Assembly: GCA_963841565.1 (NCBI GenBank)
Contig: CAWJCY010000006.1
Span: 128,001-192,000 of the forward strand
Length of the DNA stretch: 64,000 nt
Reading direction: 5' to 3'
DNA from: an uncultured Nitrososphaerales archaeon
GTDB lineage: Archaea; Thermoproteota; Nitrososphaeria; Nitrososphaerales; Nitrososphaeraceae
Every line of letters begins with the position of its first letter. Position 1 is the first letter of the stretch. Below are positions 9,814-20,784 of this stretch, one piece after another. The notes beneath the pieces are model-generated. The model saw nothing but the letters and a program-made list of their open reading frames with translations. It had not been told where the DNA came from and did no database searches. Made by a program: the position numbers and the translations under genes.

Positions 9814-11346
9814 TTACTGAGGTTCAATTGTAGCTGGTGGCTTGCTCGACACGGCGTAAGTCACCCAAGTTACTCCTTCCACCTCATTGCTGATTCGATT
9901 GCTAATTTTTCCGATGACATCATGAGGTAGTCGCACCCAGTCAGCCGTCATTGCATCAACAGAATCGACGACCCTTATTATTGCAATGTGTCCATATAGC
10001 CTTCCATCGCCAATTACACCTACCGCCTTATCGTCGCCTACTGCCACATACGCTTGCCAGACTTTATCGTACCAGCCTTCGGCCATCAACTCATCTTCCA
10101 CTATCTTGCTGGATTCTCTGGCTATACGAATTTTCTCATGGTTCACCTCGCCTACAATTCTTACAGCCAAACCAGGTCCAGGGAAAGGATGCCTTTTCAA
10201 TAATTGCTCTGGGACGCCTAGAGCCGCTGCAAGCCTCTTTACTTCATCTTTATAGAGTGTACTCAGCGGTTCAATAACCTTTAGATTAAGCCACTTAGGC
10301 AATCCTTTCACGTTGTGGTGACTTTTAATAACGGATGCTGGGCCGTGAGATACCCCACTTTCTATGATATCAGGGTAAAGAGTTCCTTGTGCCAGCCATT
10401 GAAAAGGACCATGTTCAGATGCAACATCACTAAAGACTCGTGCAAATTCGTCACCTATTATCATTCTTTTTTCCTCAGGATCTGTGATTCCACTCAATCT
10501 TGTGATGAATCGCTCTGATGCATTGACTACTATTAGTGGTATGTTTAGAACTTGTTCAAAAGTTTGAACTACTAACTCCTCTTCTCCAACTCTTAGCAAA
10601 CCATGATTGACAAATACACACCGAAGGTTGCTTCCGACCGCTCTATGTAATAAGACCGCTACCGTGGTCGAATCAATACCTCCGCTAACGGCGCATAGTA
10701 CTCTATTACTTCCTACAGTTTTGCGGAGCTCTGAAATAGTTCTTTTTAAGTAGTCTTTCATGTTCCAGGTAGGCGCTGCTCCACTTATTTGAAATGAAAA
10801 ATTCTTGAGAATCTCCGTCCCCCTTTCCGTGTGCAATACCTCAGGATGGAACTGAATTCCAAATAGCTTCTTGTTTCTATTTACGATTGCCGCTGACGCA
10901 GAGCTATCGGTATGAGCCAGAACTTCGAAATCTTTTGGTATTAATTCAGCTGTGTCGCTGTGGCTCATCCAACATCTTATGTTACCATCTATGTTACTAA
11001 AAAGGTCGTCATGGTCATCAATTACAAGATTCGAACTACCGTACTCACGAACAGTAGATTTTCTTATCCTTCCCCCAAATCTGTCAACAATTAATTGATG
11101 TCCATAGCAAATTCCCAGGATAGGTATTCCTAGATCAAAAATACCGTAGTCAGGTCTAGGAGACCCTTCAACATATATACTAGCCGGACCGCCTGAGATA
11201 ATTATTCCTTTAGGTTTTGTTTCCCTAATCAATTTTGCAGGAGTATTATGAGGCAACAACTCGCAGTACACATTTGCTTCCCTTATCCTCCTACAAATTA
11301 AATGGCTATACTGCGAGCCGAAATCGAGGACTACTATTCTATCCAT
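9814..11346 (-). CDS. guaA: GMP synthase (glutamine-hydrolysing)
   Basis: LDFGSQY, GICYG, QFHPEV, SGGIDS, KSHHNV, KPPATIE. Confidence 0.97.
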   Translation of the reverse strand: MDRIVVLDFGSQYSHLICRRIREANVYCELLPHNTPAKLIRETKPKGIIISGGPASIYVEGSPRPDYGIFDLGIPILGICYGHQLIVDRFGGRIRKSTVREYGSSNLVIDDHDDLFSNIDGNIRCWMSHSDTAELIPKDFEVLAHTDSSASAAIVNRNKKLFGIQFHPEVLHTERGTEILKNFSFQISGAAPTWNMKDYLKRTISELRKTVGSNRVLCAVSGGIDSTTVAVLLHRAVGSNLRCVFVNHGLLRVGEEELVVQTFEQVLNIPLIVVNASERFITRLSGITDPEEKRMIIGDEFARVFSDVASEHGPFQWLAQGTLYPDIIESGVSHGPASVIKSHHNVKGLPKWLNLKVIEPLSTLYKDEVKRLAAALGVPEQLLKRHPFPGPGLAVRIVGEVNHEKIRIARESSKIVEDELMAEGWYDKVWQAYVAVGDDKAVGVIGDGRLYGHIAIIRVVDSVDAMTADWVRLPHDVIGKISNRISNEVEGVTWVTYAVSSKPPATIEPQ

Positions 11347-11349
11347 GAT

Positions 11350-12099
11350 TCATCGCGAGCCTTTTTCAATCATACGACTAAAAACCCAAGCGCATGTGTT
11401 GAATATTTCATTGAGTCGTTCCTTCTCCCTGTAATTGTTGATCCTTATCCTACGTATTATATTGCTTTCATTTTCTTCTACAATATACGTCAAAGATTCT
11501 GTCTCTTTAATCTGCAAATCACGAACCTTTTCCTCATCTTTAACCTTCATACCATCGAGAATTCTTCCCAAGAAAAAGGATCGGAACGGGGCGGTGTTGA
11601 TACTTAGTAAGATATTCTCGGCAGGAACGATATCTACAAAATGAGTAGTAACCTCTGCTTTGGCGAGCAGGAGGTTATCTCTCACTCGATGAAGTTCTTT
11701 AGTTTCTGTAATTTGAGATCCTGATGGATCAGAAGCTGTTGGACTAGATTCTTTTCCTCTATGCGGTATGTCCGTTGCAGCAGTTTGATCATTAGGGTCT
11801 CCGATATTTGAGGCTGTAGTTTGCTTGGATGCATGGTGACTTGGGATGCCATGGAGATCAGAGGAGGAGGAAAATTGATTTGTTGGATTTGATTGTAGCG
11901 TATAAGTATCCTTTAAGCTAGATGCTGCCTTGAAACTTCCTAATTTAAGCATGCTATCGACTAGAGAAAGAGTTGCACGTAAGTTTTCAATCTCCTCATG
12001 TTTGTCAGAAATCAACTTGACAAGCCATTCGCGGATCTCAGCAGCTCGCTTGATTTCATCGTCAGAATAGCTAGAGGACAATTCAATTTGCATTGACAT
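11350..12099 (-). CDS. Hypothetical protein (coiled-coil N-terminus), co-oriented with guaA
   Basis: 249-aa ORF ending 3 nt before guaA start. Confidence 0.75.
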   Translation of the reverse strand: MSMQIELSSSYSDDEIKRAAEIREWLVKLISDKHEEIENLRATLSLVDSMLKLGSFKAASSLKDTYTLQSNPTNQFSSSSDLHGIPSHHASKQTTASNIGDPNDQTAATDIPHRGKESSPTASDPSGSQITETKELHRVRDNLLLAKAEVTTHFVDIVPAENILLSINTAPFRSFFLGRILDGMKVKDEEKVRDLQIKETESLTYIVEENESNIIRRIRINNYREKERLNEIFNTCAWVFSRMIEKGSR

Positions 12100-12258
12100 A
12101 AAAGATATAATAGCTTTTCAGAGGTCAAGTATCAATTCGTAGTTCCCAGCTCTGGGATGAATGAACAACCTCACTAGCGTAGACCGAGCTTAGAATTCGA
12201 GTTAAGGCAATGCCTATAAGATTGCTTCCAAGTTTCACCGGAGAGATTCTCTCATATA

Positions 12259-12993
12259 TTATTTCGAAGTTTGTTTAAGATATGCGAATCCTTTAATGGG
12301 ATTTATCGAAGTATCAAATAGCTCTGATCGAGTTCTAACTGCCAGCATCGCTAGTAATCTTTTTGCTACCTTCATCTTCGCCTTCTTTAATTTTGAATCC
12401 TGCACCGTACTCTTTGAATAATACTTCCCTATCTCGTTTCCTAAATCCATACCAACAAGTATTATTTGGGTCGCCCCCAATGCTTCAGCAAGAAATACGG
12501 ATCGATCACCATCGGTGAATCCACCGAAATTGTACACATTATTCATAGGCATTACCTGAGTAGAGCCTATGACGTGTCTGAGTTTGGGCACTAATTTAGT
12601 CATGAGTGAGATGTTATCTCCATGGGCGTGAACTACCATTATTGCTCCTAGCATATCAGCTTTCTTGAGAAATAACTGATTCCCATCCAAGTCTGTGACC
12701 ACGACATCCGGTTTGATCCGGTGTTCTAAAACTGCTTGAACTGCTCCATTAGCCACAATTTTCGTGAAATTTCGGTTTCTCTTGATATATGGGATGCTAG
12801 CTTCTAGATTAACCCCTGCACCTATTACCATGACTTTTTTTCCGTGAATTTTCTTTCTTAGCACATTGAGATCTAAAGCCTTCCTACGGGTCATGTAAGC
12901 TAGAATTTTTGCAGCCTCTTGGTCCTTCTCGGTGCTATAGCCAAATTGTTCCCTGATTTCCTGATAATAAGGAAACCATTCGATAAACTCCAC
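12259..12993 (-). CDS. mptE: 6-hydroxymethyl-7,8-dihydropterin pyrophosphokinase (DUF115)
   Basis: PDVVVTDLDG, VHAHGDN, NFGGFTDGDR, LVGMD motifs. Confidence 0.88.
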   Translation of the reverse strand: MEFIEWFPYYQEIREQFGYSTEKDQEAAKILAYMTRRKALDLNVLRKKIHGKKVMVIGAGVNLEASIPYIKRNRNFTKIVANGAVQAVLEHRIKPDVVVTDLDGNQLFLKKADMLGAIMVVHAHGDNISLMTKLVPKLRHVIGSTQVMPMNNVYNFGGFTDGDRSVFLAEALGATQIILVGMDLGNEIGKYYSKSTVQDSKLKKAKMKVAKRLLAMLAVRTRSELFDTSINPIKGFAYLKQTSK

Positions 12994-13151
12994 GGTTAAC
13001 GTTGTAAAGAAGTTACTAATAGGTTGTTTGTTCGTGGGCTTGAAAATCTGACGACATAGATACTCTCACCACTAACATCAGTTTGGTTCTGATACTTATG
13101 ATTACCGAATAATTTTGTTCCTCTGTAACAATTATAACTTTCTAATACAGA

Positions 13152-13805
13152 ATGACTCTTATAGCTTTGACAATTGAAAAAATGAAACTAACGCCTAGCT
13201 TTCCAGGCGATCAGATTGCGTTTATAGAAGAGTTTGAGAGCGGCAAGAACACGTACGTCGACGATGGTAGTATTCGATCCAGCACGGTTGGAAGCAAGGT
13301 GTACGATTTGAAGAGACGTATAGTAAGGATAGAACAAAAAAATACTCCGAAATTGCCAAAAATAGGAGATATTATTGTTGGATATGTTGATATGCTCTTT
13401 GGTAGCATGATATCAGTAAGAATTTTATATATTAATGACTTAAAATCTATCTCGGGATTTTCCGCCATTTCATCTACAAAGGGTATTTCGTTTTCAGGTG
13501 GACAAGGTGGTTGGTCGAGGGAAAGAGGAGATCGTAGGTCAAGAATCACGTTTAGAGTAGGAGATATTATAAGAGGAAGAGTAGTAAGTCTCCTCAACTC
13601 TAACATTCACATCACTATCGCAGAGAAGGATTTTGGTGTAGTCTATACATTGTGCTACAATTGTGGAGGAAATACAGTGAGAGTGAATAATGCAGTGAAA
13701 TGTGTAGAATGTGGGACCTACGAAGAGAGAAAAATGACGTCAGACTATGGAAAGGAGACTTTTAGTACGATTCACAACGGCAAGACGTTAAATGGTGGTA
13801 AATAG
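13152..13805 (+). CDS. csl4: Exosome complex RNA-binding protein Csl4
   Basis: FPGD...EEF start, S1 domain, C-terminal Zn ribbon CYNCGG...CVECG..E.RK; start may be ATG 13182. Confidence 0.9.
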   Translation: MTLIALTIEKMKLTPSFPGDQIAFIEEFESGKNTYVDDGSIRSSTVGSKVYDLKRRIVRIEQKNTPKLPKIGDIIVGYVDMLFGSMISVRILYINDLKSISGFSAISSTKGISFSGGQGGWSRERGDRRSRITFRVGDIIRGRVVSLLNSNIHITIAEKDFGVVYTLCYNCGGNTVRVNNAVKCVECGTYEERKMTSDYGKETFSTIHNGKTLNGGK

Positions 13806-14625
13806 GGTCGCTTTTCAAGGTGAGAGAGGCGCATATAGTGAGCTTGCTGTCATTCATTTCTTCCCAAACTCTACTCCAATTCCGGTGCGATCATTTCAAG
13901 AAGTAATCGAGACATTGTTATCAGGCATGTGCGATTATGCAGTAGTACCTATCGAAAACTCAATTGAGGGAAGCGTAAATGAGGTATACGATTTACTATT
14001 GCAAACGAACTTGTACATTGTAGGAGAGACTTATCAAAGAATCAACCATTGTCTTATTACAATAAAAGGAAACGATCTGGGTTCCTTAAGAGAAGTCTAT
14101 TCACACCCCCAAGCTCTGGCGCAATGCAGGCATTATTTAAATGAGAAGAAACTTGCCTCTATACCAGTATATGATACCGCGGGCGCAGTGAAGATGATCA
14201 AGGAAGGTCAAAATAGAAGAGCAGCGGCAATCGCAAGCAAGCGTGCCGCCGAAATCTATGGAATGGAGATTTTGGACGTTGGAATAGAAGATAGGAAAAG
14301 CAATTTTACAAGATTTTATGTACTATCAAGACAGCCTGCAAATACGAAGCCAACAGGGAATGATGGAACGTCCATCATTTTCTCTGTCAAGCATGCACCA
14401 GGATCGTTAGTGAATATCTTGTCTGAATTCGCAAGGAGAGAGATCAACCTTACTAAGATCGAATCACGCCCAACCAAGGAAACCCCTTGGGAGTACAATT
14501 TCTTTACTGACTTTGAGGGACATGTTCTTGACTCAAAAATTAGAGATGTTTTGAAAGTCATAGAACCTAAGACAGCCTTCGTAAAGGTTCTCGGCTCGTA
14601 TAGGAAGGAAACGACTGATAGGTGA
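13792..14625 (+). CDS. pheA: Prephenate dehydratase
   Basis: GERGAYSE, PIENSIEG, SHPQALAQC, TRF, ACT domain INLTKIESRP. Confidence 0.95.
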   Translation: MVVNRVAFQGERGAYSELAVIHFFPNSTPIPVRSFQEVIETLLSGMCDYAVVPIENSIEGSVNEVYDLLLQTNLYIVGETYQRINHCLITIKGNDLGSLREVYSHPQALAQCRHYLNEKKLASIPVYDTAGAVKMIKEGQNRRAAAIASKRAAEIYGMEILDVGIEDRKSNFTRFYVLSRQPANTKPTGNDGTSIIFSVKHAPGSLVNILSEFARREINLTKIESRPTKETPWEYNFFTDFEGHVLDSKIRDVLKVIEPKTAFVKVLGSYRKETTDR

Positions 14626-14637
14626 CATTAAGTATTT

Positions 14638-15105
14638 TCATCGAAGTTTAGCTCGTAAACCAAGCCCGAGTACTATAATTCCGGTTACTATAAGCATAAG
14701 CTGTCCGCCTAAAGCTATCTGACTACCTTTTGTGAAAGCACTGCCAGTTATGCTCAAATCAGAACGTCCCAAGTTCTCTATGGATATTAAGTACTGTCCA
14801 TCCATCTGAGCTGTAAAGTTATACTGAAAGTTAGCAGTGTTGGTTACTGACCTAATTACCTCGTTTTCAGGATCCACAATTTCAATGCTTGAATTAGATC
14901 CTGTGACAGATAACACTACAGGATTACCCACATTCATGTTAGGTGTTAATGTGTCACTCTGACCTGCTCCAACTGTTCCATTCAGAGATACTGGGACAGG
15001 TGTTAGTGTATAAAGTGCTGATGCCGAGCCTATGATAATAAAAGAAACTCCTGCGCCAAGTAAGATATAGAAGATCCTTGACTTAGACGCGAACGAACCT
15101 CTCAT
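14638..15105 (-). CDS. Membrane protein with extracellular beta-sandwich (GOLD-like) domain
   Basis: N- and C-terminal TMs flanking YNFTAQMDGQYLISIEN beta domain. Confidence 0.65.
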   Translation of the reverse strand: MRGSFASKSRIFYILLGAGVSFIIIGSASALYTLTPVPVSLNGTVGAGQSDTLTPNMNVGNPVVLSVTGSNSSIEIVDPENEVIRSVTNTANFQYNFTAQMDGQYLISIENLGRSDLSITGSAFTKGSQIALGGQLMLIVTGIIVLGLGLRAKLR

Positions 15106-15467
15106 GTATCATGTGGAGAGTATAGGGGCTATAAATACATCGTTCTGAATTCTTGCAACATTGTTGTTATTGTTCTAGGCCCTCCGATCTCGTCGGAACC
15201 AATACTATCAAAATGTAGTGGCGAGCAACTTCGAGGAATCAGGGTTGTTAAAGAAGGTAATATGTCATATTCTATATATAGTTCAATTTCATCTTATAAT
15301 GTGGTTATCCGATCCTACAAATACCACTAGCTCATAAGGATGGAAAATGAACCTCAAACATTTTCTGGCCATAGGCTGCGCTACCATAGATTAGCAACAA
15401 TTTGTGATTAGTGATAGACACAATAATTGGTTTACTTTACTGATAAATGGAACTAACCACGCATATT

Positions 15468-16229
15468 TTAGTTGCTTCCCATCCTTTCATCTGAATCACT
15501 GAGTGTTTTCTGAATTTTGCTTTGTGTTTCCTTCGTAGGACTGCTATAGTCTAATAGCCTTCGGATGCGAATAGCACGGTTTGTCCCTAGCCCGGCAATC
15601 ATTGATAGCTCTGCTACTGATGCAGTTAGGGTCCTAATGGGAGTTCCAAATTTTTTTAACATACGAACAGCTGTTTTGTCACCGACACCTGGCAAAGAAG
15701 ATAGAACTGATAGCTGCTGAATGTAAATAGGATTTTGCTTACGAATTCTTCTGAGAAGTGGACCATCTGTTGATCCTTCCCTGCGAACTAGACTCGCAAT
15801 CATCATGAGTACTCGAGATGTGTACTCAGGAGTAGGAGTTGGTATTATAGGAATCCGAAATTCAAGTGCAACCCGGGCTAACGCGTCAAGTATAAGAGGC
15901 ATTTGTTCCGCGTATGAATCACGGTAACTGTCGTCTATGGTTTGGGAATACTCTTCCGGTCCTCCTAGTAATGCTTTTCCTTCAATCACGATTAATGGTC
16001 TGGGATAGTATTGGACCAAATCGTTACACTGCAGGAACAAACGCCCATCATAAATGGAACTTATCAAATCCGAAATAGTTTTCCTTTCAATGGCAGTCTG
16101 AGGAGATACGATGTAATCTCCCACCGTTAGAAGGGAAAATTCTATTGAGGCCCCAAGGCTACCTAGCAGCTCAGGAACACGGCTGCCTTTCTCTCTCTCG
16201 TCAATTACGATCCTGGCTCCAACTCCCAC
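15468..16229 (-). CDS. xpf: XPF/ERCC4-type structure-specific endonuclease (short form with HhH)
   Basis: IVIDERE, GDY, ERKT..DL..SI.DGRL, HhH LPGVG. Confidence 0.92.
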   Translation of the reverse strand: MGVGARIVIDEREKGSRVPELLGSLGASIEFSLLTVGDYIVSPQTAIERKTISDLISSIYDGRLFLQCNDLVQYYPRPLIVIEGKALLGGPEEYSQTIDDSYRDSYAEQMPLILDALARVALEFRIPIIPTPTPEYTSRVLMMIASLVRREGSTDGPLLRRIRKQNPIYIQQLSVLSSLPGVGDKTAVRMLKKFGTPIRTLTASVAELSMIAGLGTNRAIRIRRLLDYSSPTKETQSKIQKTLSDSDERMGSN

Positions 16230-16383
16230 AGTTAGCTATTAAATATCTCTCGTTAATGTTTCTAACTAGAGTCAACGGGGTCATCCTTGACCCAAGCCCT
16301 TCTTCATATAGTCTAAGCTGCTGTTGAGATAGTATAATTGATTGATTTTTATCAGAGAATTTGCGAGAGTATCCCTATACGTA

Positions 16384-16806
16384 TCACTGGGGGCTTTGAG
16401 CGGACGAGTTGGTGCCTCCTACAATCCCAGGGCCCCCAGCGGGACCTAAATTCCCTTGTGCGCCCCTTATCATTTGATTAATCTTATTTTCAACTTCCTT
16501 TAGGTTATCCTTTACCCTTGCTTCCTGTTTTGAAAGCACCATTAAGCGAGTCTTTGCTAACTCCTTCTTCTCTTCTAGTTCTTTACTAATATCCTCTTTT
16601 TTAGCTCTAATTAGTAATGGGCCGGCGCTTTTGTAAACTGTATCTTCTGGACCAGCCTTGCCGAGGTCCTCTAGTGCTCTATCAAGCTCAACGGATTCCA
16701 ATTCGACCTGCTGCTTTTGCATCATTATGGCTTGCAAGTTTTGTTGAAGCTGTTGAAAGCGTGATACTTGTTCTTTCAGCCAAGGTGGAAGTTCTTGTTC
16801 ACTCAT
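16384..16806 (-). CDS. pfdB: Prefoldin beta subunit
   Basis: Coiled coils around VYKSAGPLLI hairpin; exosome superoperon position. Confidence 0.93.
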   Translation of the reverse strand: MSEQELPPWLKEQVSRFQQLQQNLQAIMMQKQQVELESVELDRALEDLGKAGPEDTVYKSAGPLLIRAKKEDISKELEEKKELAKTRLMVLSKQEARVKDNLKEVENKINQMIRGAQGNLGPAGGPGIVGGTNSSAQSPQ

Positions 16807-16849
16807 TTATATGACAGGTTTTAACAAACACCAACATAAAATCATAGCG

Positions 16850-17125
16850 CTAAATATCTGATAAGGTGTTAATACATAACCGCAAGAGCCTAAGATACGA
16901 ATTTAGACTTGCCCGTAAAGAGGATATATCATTCGCCTGCACTTGGATTATTATCATGTGATCATCAAGAAAAATTCTCGACTTAGATGAACTATCTCTC
17001 GAAAAATATTTCGTATCCGGGCGAAGTGCAAAGAATGCAGCCTCTGCGACGAGTCTCGCCCTCTGATTATTTTGGTGAAATGAGAATCTGATCTCTGATC
17101 TACAATGCCTGTGTGCTGATATCAT
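16850..17125 (-). CDS. pcc1: KEOPS complex subunit Pcc1
   Basis: ANDISSLRASLNSYLRL motif; lies between rpl37ae and pfdB; start moved to internal ATG 17125 to avoid full overlap with rpl37ae. Confidence 0.82.
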   Translation of the reverse strand: MISAHRHCRSEIRFSFHQNNQRARLVAEAAFFALRPDTKYFSRDSSSKSRIFLDDHMIIIQVQANDISSLRASLNSYLRLLRLCINTLSDI

Positions 17126-17333
17126 AAGCTCCCGAGGCCACTTTAAAATGACATTTTGGACAATGCCATATCCCAAGTGCAATCCGAGAAAATCTCTTAG
17201 AGCCACAAGACGGACATTTTCTGTGCTTCTTGAGGATTCTGTACACAGCCCCATATCGCTTTCGGACAGTCGCTCCAAATTTGACTCCTAATCCCTTAAG
17301 AGATGTTGATTTATGCCTTCTTCTAGTGACCAT
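17100..17333 (-). CDS. rpl37ae: 50S ribosomal protein L37Ae (eL43)
   Basis: KFGATVRKR, CPSCG...GIWHCPKC. Confidence 0.93.
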   Translation of the reverse strand: MVTRRRHKSTSLKGLGVKFGATVRKRYGAVYRILKKHRKCPSCGSKRFSRIALGIWHCPKCHFKVASGAYDISTQAL

Positions 17334-18153
17334 TATTAGTAAGCTCTTTAATTTTGGTTCGAACTTCCTCTCCTTTAATTCTTGCTATTTCTGCTGCCCT
17401 TTTGATCTGGTCAATCGTAAATGACCCGGTGGATCCTTTTTGAAGAGCTGCAAATTTACCCTCAGAATTAGTAGTTATCGTGATCCTCGCATCCATACAC
17501 GCTTCTTCTTCAGCAGTCGGGTCAAGTATCACGGAATCGCCTATTTTAACAGCGGTTATGGATACAGGAATAGTTGTAAGTGGAGGATCCATTTTCTTTC
17601 CAGTGTTTACCACTGCTTCGCCGTCTTGCACCTCAAACACTGGCAATTTGCTAGACATTAGTGCTGAAACCACGGCGTACGATGATGCATCGAAGAGATT
17701 ACCGTCATAATTAATGATACTGCAATCAACGAATATAGTATAAACTACCTTTCCCGGAATTAGTGCTAGCTTGTCAAGATCAACCATTTCAGATTCTCTC
17801 ACTCCTCGATCAACAACTCTGGCCAATTCAATAGTCTCCTCATCTGGAGGGCCTGGTTCGATATGAGGCGATGCTGTCGGAAGCACTTCTGCTGACAATA
17901 TTAGGGCACCCTTATTCTCCAATCCTTCGAATGGCTCTCCCGTTTCCACTTTAACCCCAGCAACAACTTCCGAATTCCCTAACTTTACCCTTGATGAACC
18001 GTCTGCCTTGCCAATTATGCCCAGCTCGATCTCTAGAGGTCTCATTTCATCAAGATCTCTTCCATCGAGCCTCCTAGATTGCGAGATCGCCTCTCTCATC
18101 TGTTGCCTTCGAAGATGCTCTACTATTATTGTTGAACGTTTTGATGAACTCAA
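17323..18153 (-). CDS. rrp42: Exosome complex component Rrp42
   Basis: RLDGR, ADGSS.VKLG, EPGPPDE, ARVVDRG.RES, DGNLFDA. Confidence 0.95.
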   Translation of the reverse strand: MSSSKRSTIIVEHLRRQQMREAISQSRRLDGRDLDEMRPLEIELGIIGKADGSSRVKLGNSEVVAGVKVETGEPFEGLENKGALILSAEVLPTASPHIEPGPPDEETIELARVVDRGVRESEMVDLDKLALIPGKVVYTIFVDCSIINYDGNLFDASSYAVVSALMSSKLPVFEVQDGEAVVNTGKKMDPPLTTIPVSITAVKIGDSVILDPTAEEEACMDARITITTNSEGKFAALQKGSTGSFTIDQIKRAAEIARIKGEEVRTKIKELTNNGH

Positions 18154-18890
18154 GATTCCTCTTTCAACTCCTGTTCGTCTCCAAAGTATTTCTGAATAAG
18201 AGCTTTTCTTTGAATTTCATAAATCATTTTGCAACCCTGTAACGCCTTGTCTAGACACTCATTAAACTCTTCCTGGTTCAAAATGCCATCAAGTTGTAGA
18301 AGAGTGACCCGTTCAAGATGTGGCATATACGCCAATGGCATATCAGCACTTCCTTCCTTATCTTCAACATCATTAATGTCAAGAACTATTTTCCCGTCAA
18401 CCTTTCCGGCTGCGCATGCGGGAACAATATCTCGCATGTTGATTCCTGCATCTGCCAAGGCAACTGAAGCAGCAGTAATGCCAGCACACCTTGAGCCTCC
18501 GTCTGCTTGCAAAACTTCAACAAATACATCGATTGCTGCCCTTGGATAATCCTCGAGCATCAACGCTGGCTCCAACGCCTCCCTCATAACTTTTGAAATT
18601 TCAACCTCTCTTCTTGAAGGGGCAGGATTCTTACGGGTATCAGTAGAAAATGGCGACATATGATATCTACATCTTAAAACACACCTATCAGGTTGTGCCA
18701 TATGTTTAGGATGGACTTCTCTGGGACCATAGACAGCTGCAATAATTCTGTTTTTCCCAAACTCTATATAGGCAGATCCGTCCGCATTTTTAACCATTCC
18801 CACTTGTATCTTGACATTGCGCAGCTCATCTATGGTTCGCCCATCAGTTCTCAGCCCTTGTTCATCTATTAGGCTCCTAGTCTGAACCAT
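18150..18890 (-). CDS. rrp41: Exosome complex exonuclease Rrp41
   Basis: RTDGR, AVYGPREVHP, PSRRE.EISK, LQADGGSR. Confidence 0.96.
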   Translation of the reverse strand: MVQTRSLIDEQGLRTDGRTIDELRNVKIQVGMVKNADGSAYIEFGKNRIIAAVYGPREVHPKHMAQPDRCVLRCRYHMSPFSTDTRKNPAPSRREVEISKVMREALEPALMLEDYPRAAIDVFVEVLQADGGSRCAGITAASVALADAGINMRDIVPACAAGKVDGKIVLDINDVEDKEGSADMPLAYMPHLERVTLLQLDGILNQEEFNECLDKALQGCKMIYEIQRKALIQKYFGDEQELKEES

Positions 18891-19681
18891 TATTCTTTGT
18901 CACCTTTTTCCAATTCTTGCGACATCTGTTCTTCTGGTTCGTGGGTACCGTTTAATTTTTGGCCTTCTGGTTCCGACACCTCTGAGAGTGTTTCAGTAGG
19001 TTGAGGCTCAGGAACGTTCAAAAGCGTCTTAATCCGCTGAGTGAGATTTGATGTATGTGCTTCCTCCTCCACCATCCGAATTGCTCTAATGGCGAGTTGA
19101 GTGCCATCAGCATTTCTGCCGCTAACAACTACTATACCGTTCTGTCCTATCAATATTCGAGTCTGAGTTGCTTGTTCTATTGTCTGAATCATAGAACCGC
19201 GTTTTCCAATTAATCGTGGAACACGAGTAGCAGAGATTTTCAAAAATTCACCTCGCGGAATTCTTCCAAGATCCTTATCCTGAATAGTTAGCATAGGATC
19301 ACGTGTCCTGTCAAACGCCATTATTCTGGCAGTAACTAGATCGCCTATTGCAAGTTGCTTATTCATATCATCACGCGCCGGGGAAAAATCCCTTCCAAAA
19401 ACATCTTGAGCTGGCAAATGCGCAGAAAAGCATGAACTTATGTCGACCTGCCAAGACAAAGAAGAATGATCGATAATTTTGCCAATCACTATATCATTCA
19501 CACGAGGAATATATACTCCGGACAAAGGAATTACCTTGATCCCGTCTCTTGTGGCTTCTGCAATACCAATTCTAGTTGCAAAAATAGAATTTCCAGACTT
19601 AGTCACATTTGAGAGAGGACGGAAATTGCCATCAATAATTCTGTCTCCGGGAACTACGTATTTTCTCTTAATTTCTTGCAT
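18890..19681 (-). CDS. rrp4: Exosome complex RNA-binding protein Rrp4
   Basis: VVPGD, YIP.V.DIVIGKI S1 domain, KH VPRLIGKRGSMI. Confidence 0.95.
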   Translation of the reverse strand: MQEIKRKYVVPGDRIIDGNFRPLSNVTKSGNSIFATRIGIAEATRDGIKVIPLSGVYIPRVNDIVIGKIIDHSSLSWQVDISSCFSAHLPAQDVFGRDFSPARDDMNKQLAIGDLVTARIMAFDRTRDPMLTIQDKDLGRIPRGEFLKISATRVPRLIGKRGSMIQTIEQATQTRILIGQNGIVVVSGRNADGTQLAIRAIRMVEEEAHTSNLTQRIKTLLNVPEPQPTETLSEVSEPEGQKLNGTHEPEEQMSQELEKGDKE

Positions 19682-19792
19682 TGACTATCAATTACTCCCC
19701 CAATCTATCATATTGTTTTTAGTACAAGAACTTGTCATTTCTTTCTCGCATTTGGGAAAGATGATGGGATTTATATTTTAAGTGAATTTCGG

Positions 19793-20485
19793 TTAGAGAT
19801 CTTCTTTTATTTGAGCTGTTCCTCTGGTTGCCGAACCAATCTTTTCAATAATTCTACCCTTCATACCTGCGTTGACTTCTAACGTAACCCGAACTGAACC
19901 ATCTGCAAGCCACTCATCACTCTTGAAATTTCCTATACTCTTTAAGGCACTATATCCTTGGGCTGAATGGTTTGCTGGAATAATCACCGTCAGTTTCAAT
20001 ATTTCGGATTTTAAAGGAAGGACCTTTCTTAGCGCATCGATAATGAATTTCGCTTGTTCATCCGCCTTCTTGAAGGGATCAATGCTAACTCTGACATCTT
20101 CCATAGCACTTTGTATTCTCAAAGGTGGGTGCGGAAGATGTGTCTTGGGGTCAACAAAGCTCTTGCTAATGAAGTCGATAATCTGTTTTTTCTTCTCTTC
20201 TACCATTTTTCGCCTCTGTTCCGTAGTTAAATTTAGCTCACCATTCATCAGAATCTGCTGAGCGACTTCGCCCAAGTCATTAGTCTTAAAATATTTAGAA
20301 AGCTTATCGCTGGAAGCTCTAGAACCTTTGTTTGCATCCGAATATACCTCATCAGATATCAAAACATTGGTCAGGTCATTTCTCTTGCCTAGTCTATAAT
20401 CAAGAGCAAGGTCAGGTTTGACCAAGATTTCAAATCTATTACCTTCTATTACCAATTTCACGACAGTCACCTTGGCTTCAGGCAT
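19793..20485 (-). CDS. Ribosome maturation protein SBDS/Sdo1
   Basis: FEILV.PD, LTTEQRR, DPKT.LPHPP.RI; start placed at ATG of MPEAKV. Confidence 0.92.
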   Translation of the reverse strand: MPEAKVTVVKLVIEGNRFEILVKPDLALDYRLGKRNDLTNVLISDEVYSDANKGSRASSDKLSKYFKTNDLGEVAQQILMNGELNLTTEQRRKMVEEKKKQIIDFISKSFVDPKTHLPHPPLRIQSAMEDVRVSIDPFKKADEQAKFIIDALRKVLPLKSEILKLTVIIPANHSAQGYSALKSIGNFKSDEWLADGSVRVTLEVNAGMKGRIIEKIGSATRGTAQIKEDL

Positions 20486-20784
20486 ATTTCCATCCTTTAT
20501 TCTTAGACAGTTTGGAAGCAATATATGTATAGTGCAGTAATTTGAGGGCTATTGGCTAAGAGTAAATTGAATCATCATCAAGATTAATATAATTGCCTGA
20601 GATTTTGAATGCTTATGTTTGACGAAAAAACCATGTATTGATGAACTAATGATCAGCCTCGTTGTACTGCAAGTGTGTTCTCGAATACATATTCAATACG
20701 GATATTGTGCTAAATCAAGCTCTAGGATTCCAAATACAAACACGAAGACGGAATAAAATAAGATAGAAAAAAAGGAGTAATCCT

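Noticed and set aside
17126-17278. Long N-terminal extension of Pcc1
   Set aside because: Lies wholly within rpl37ae in another frame; the internal ATG gives a normal-sized Pcc1.
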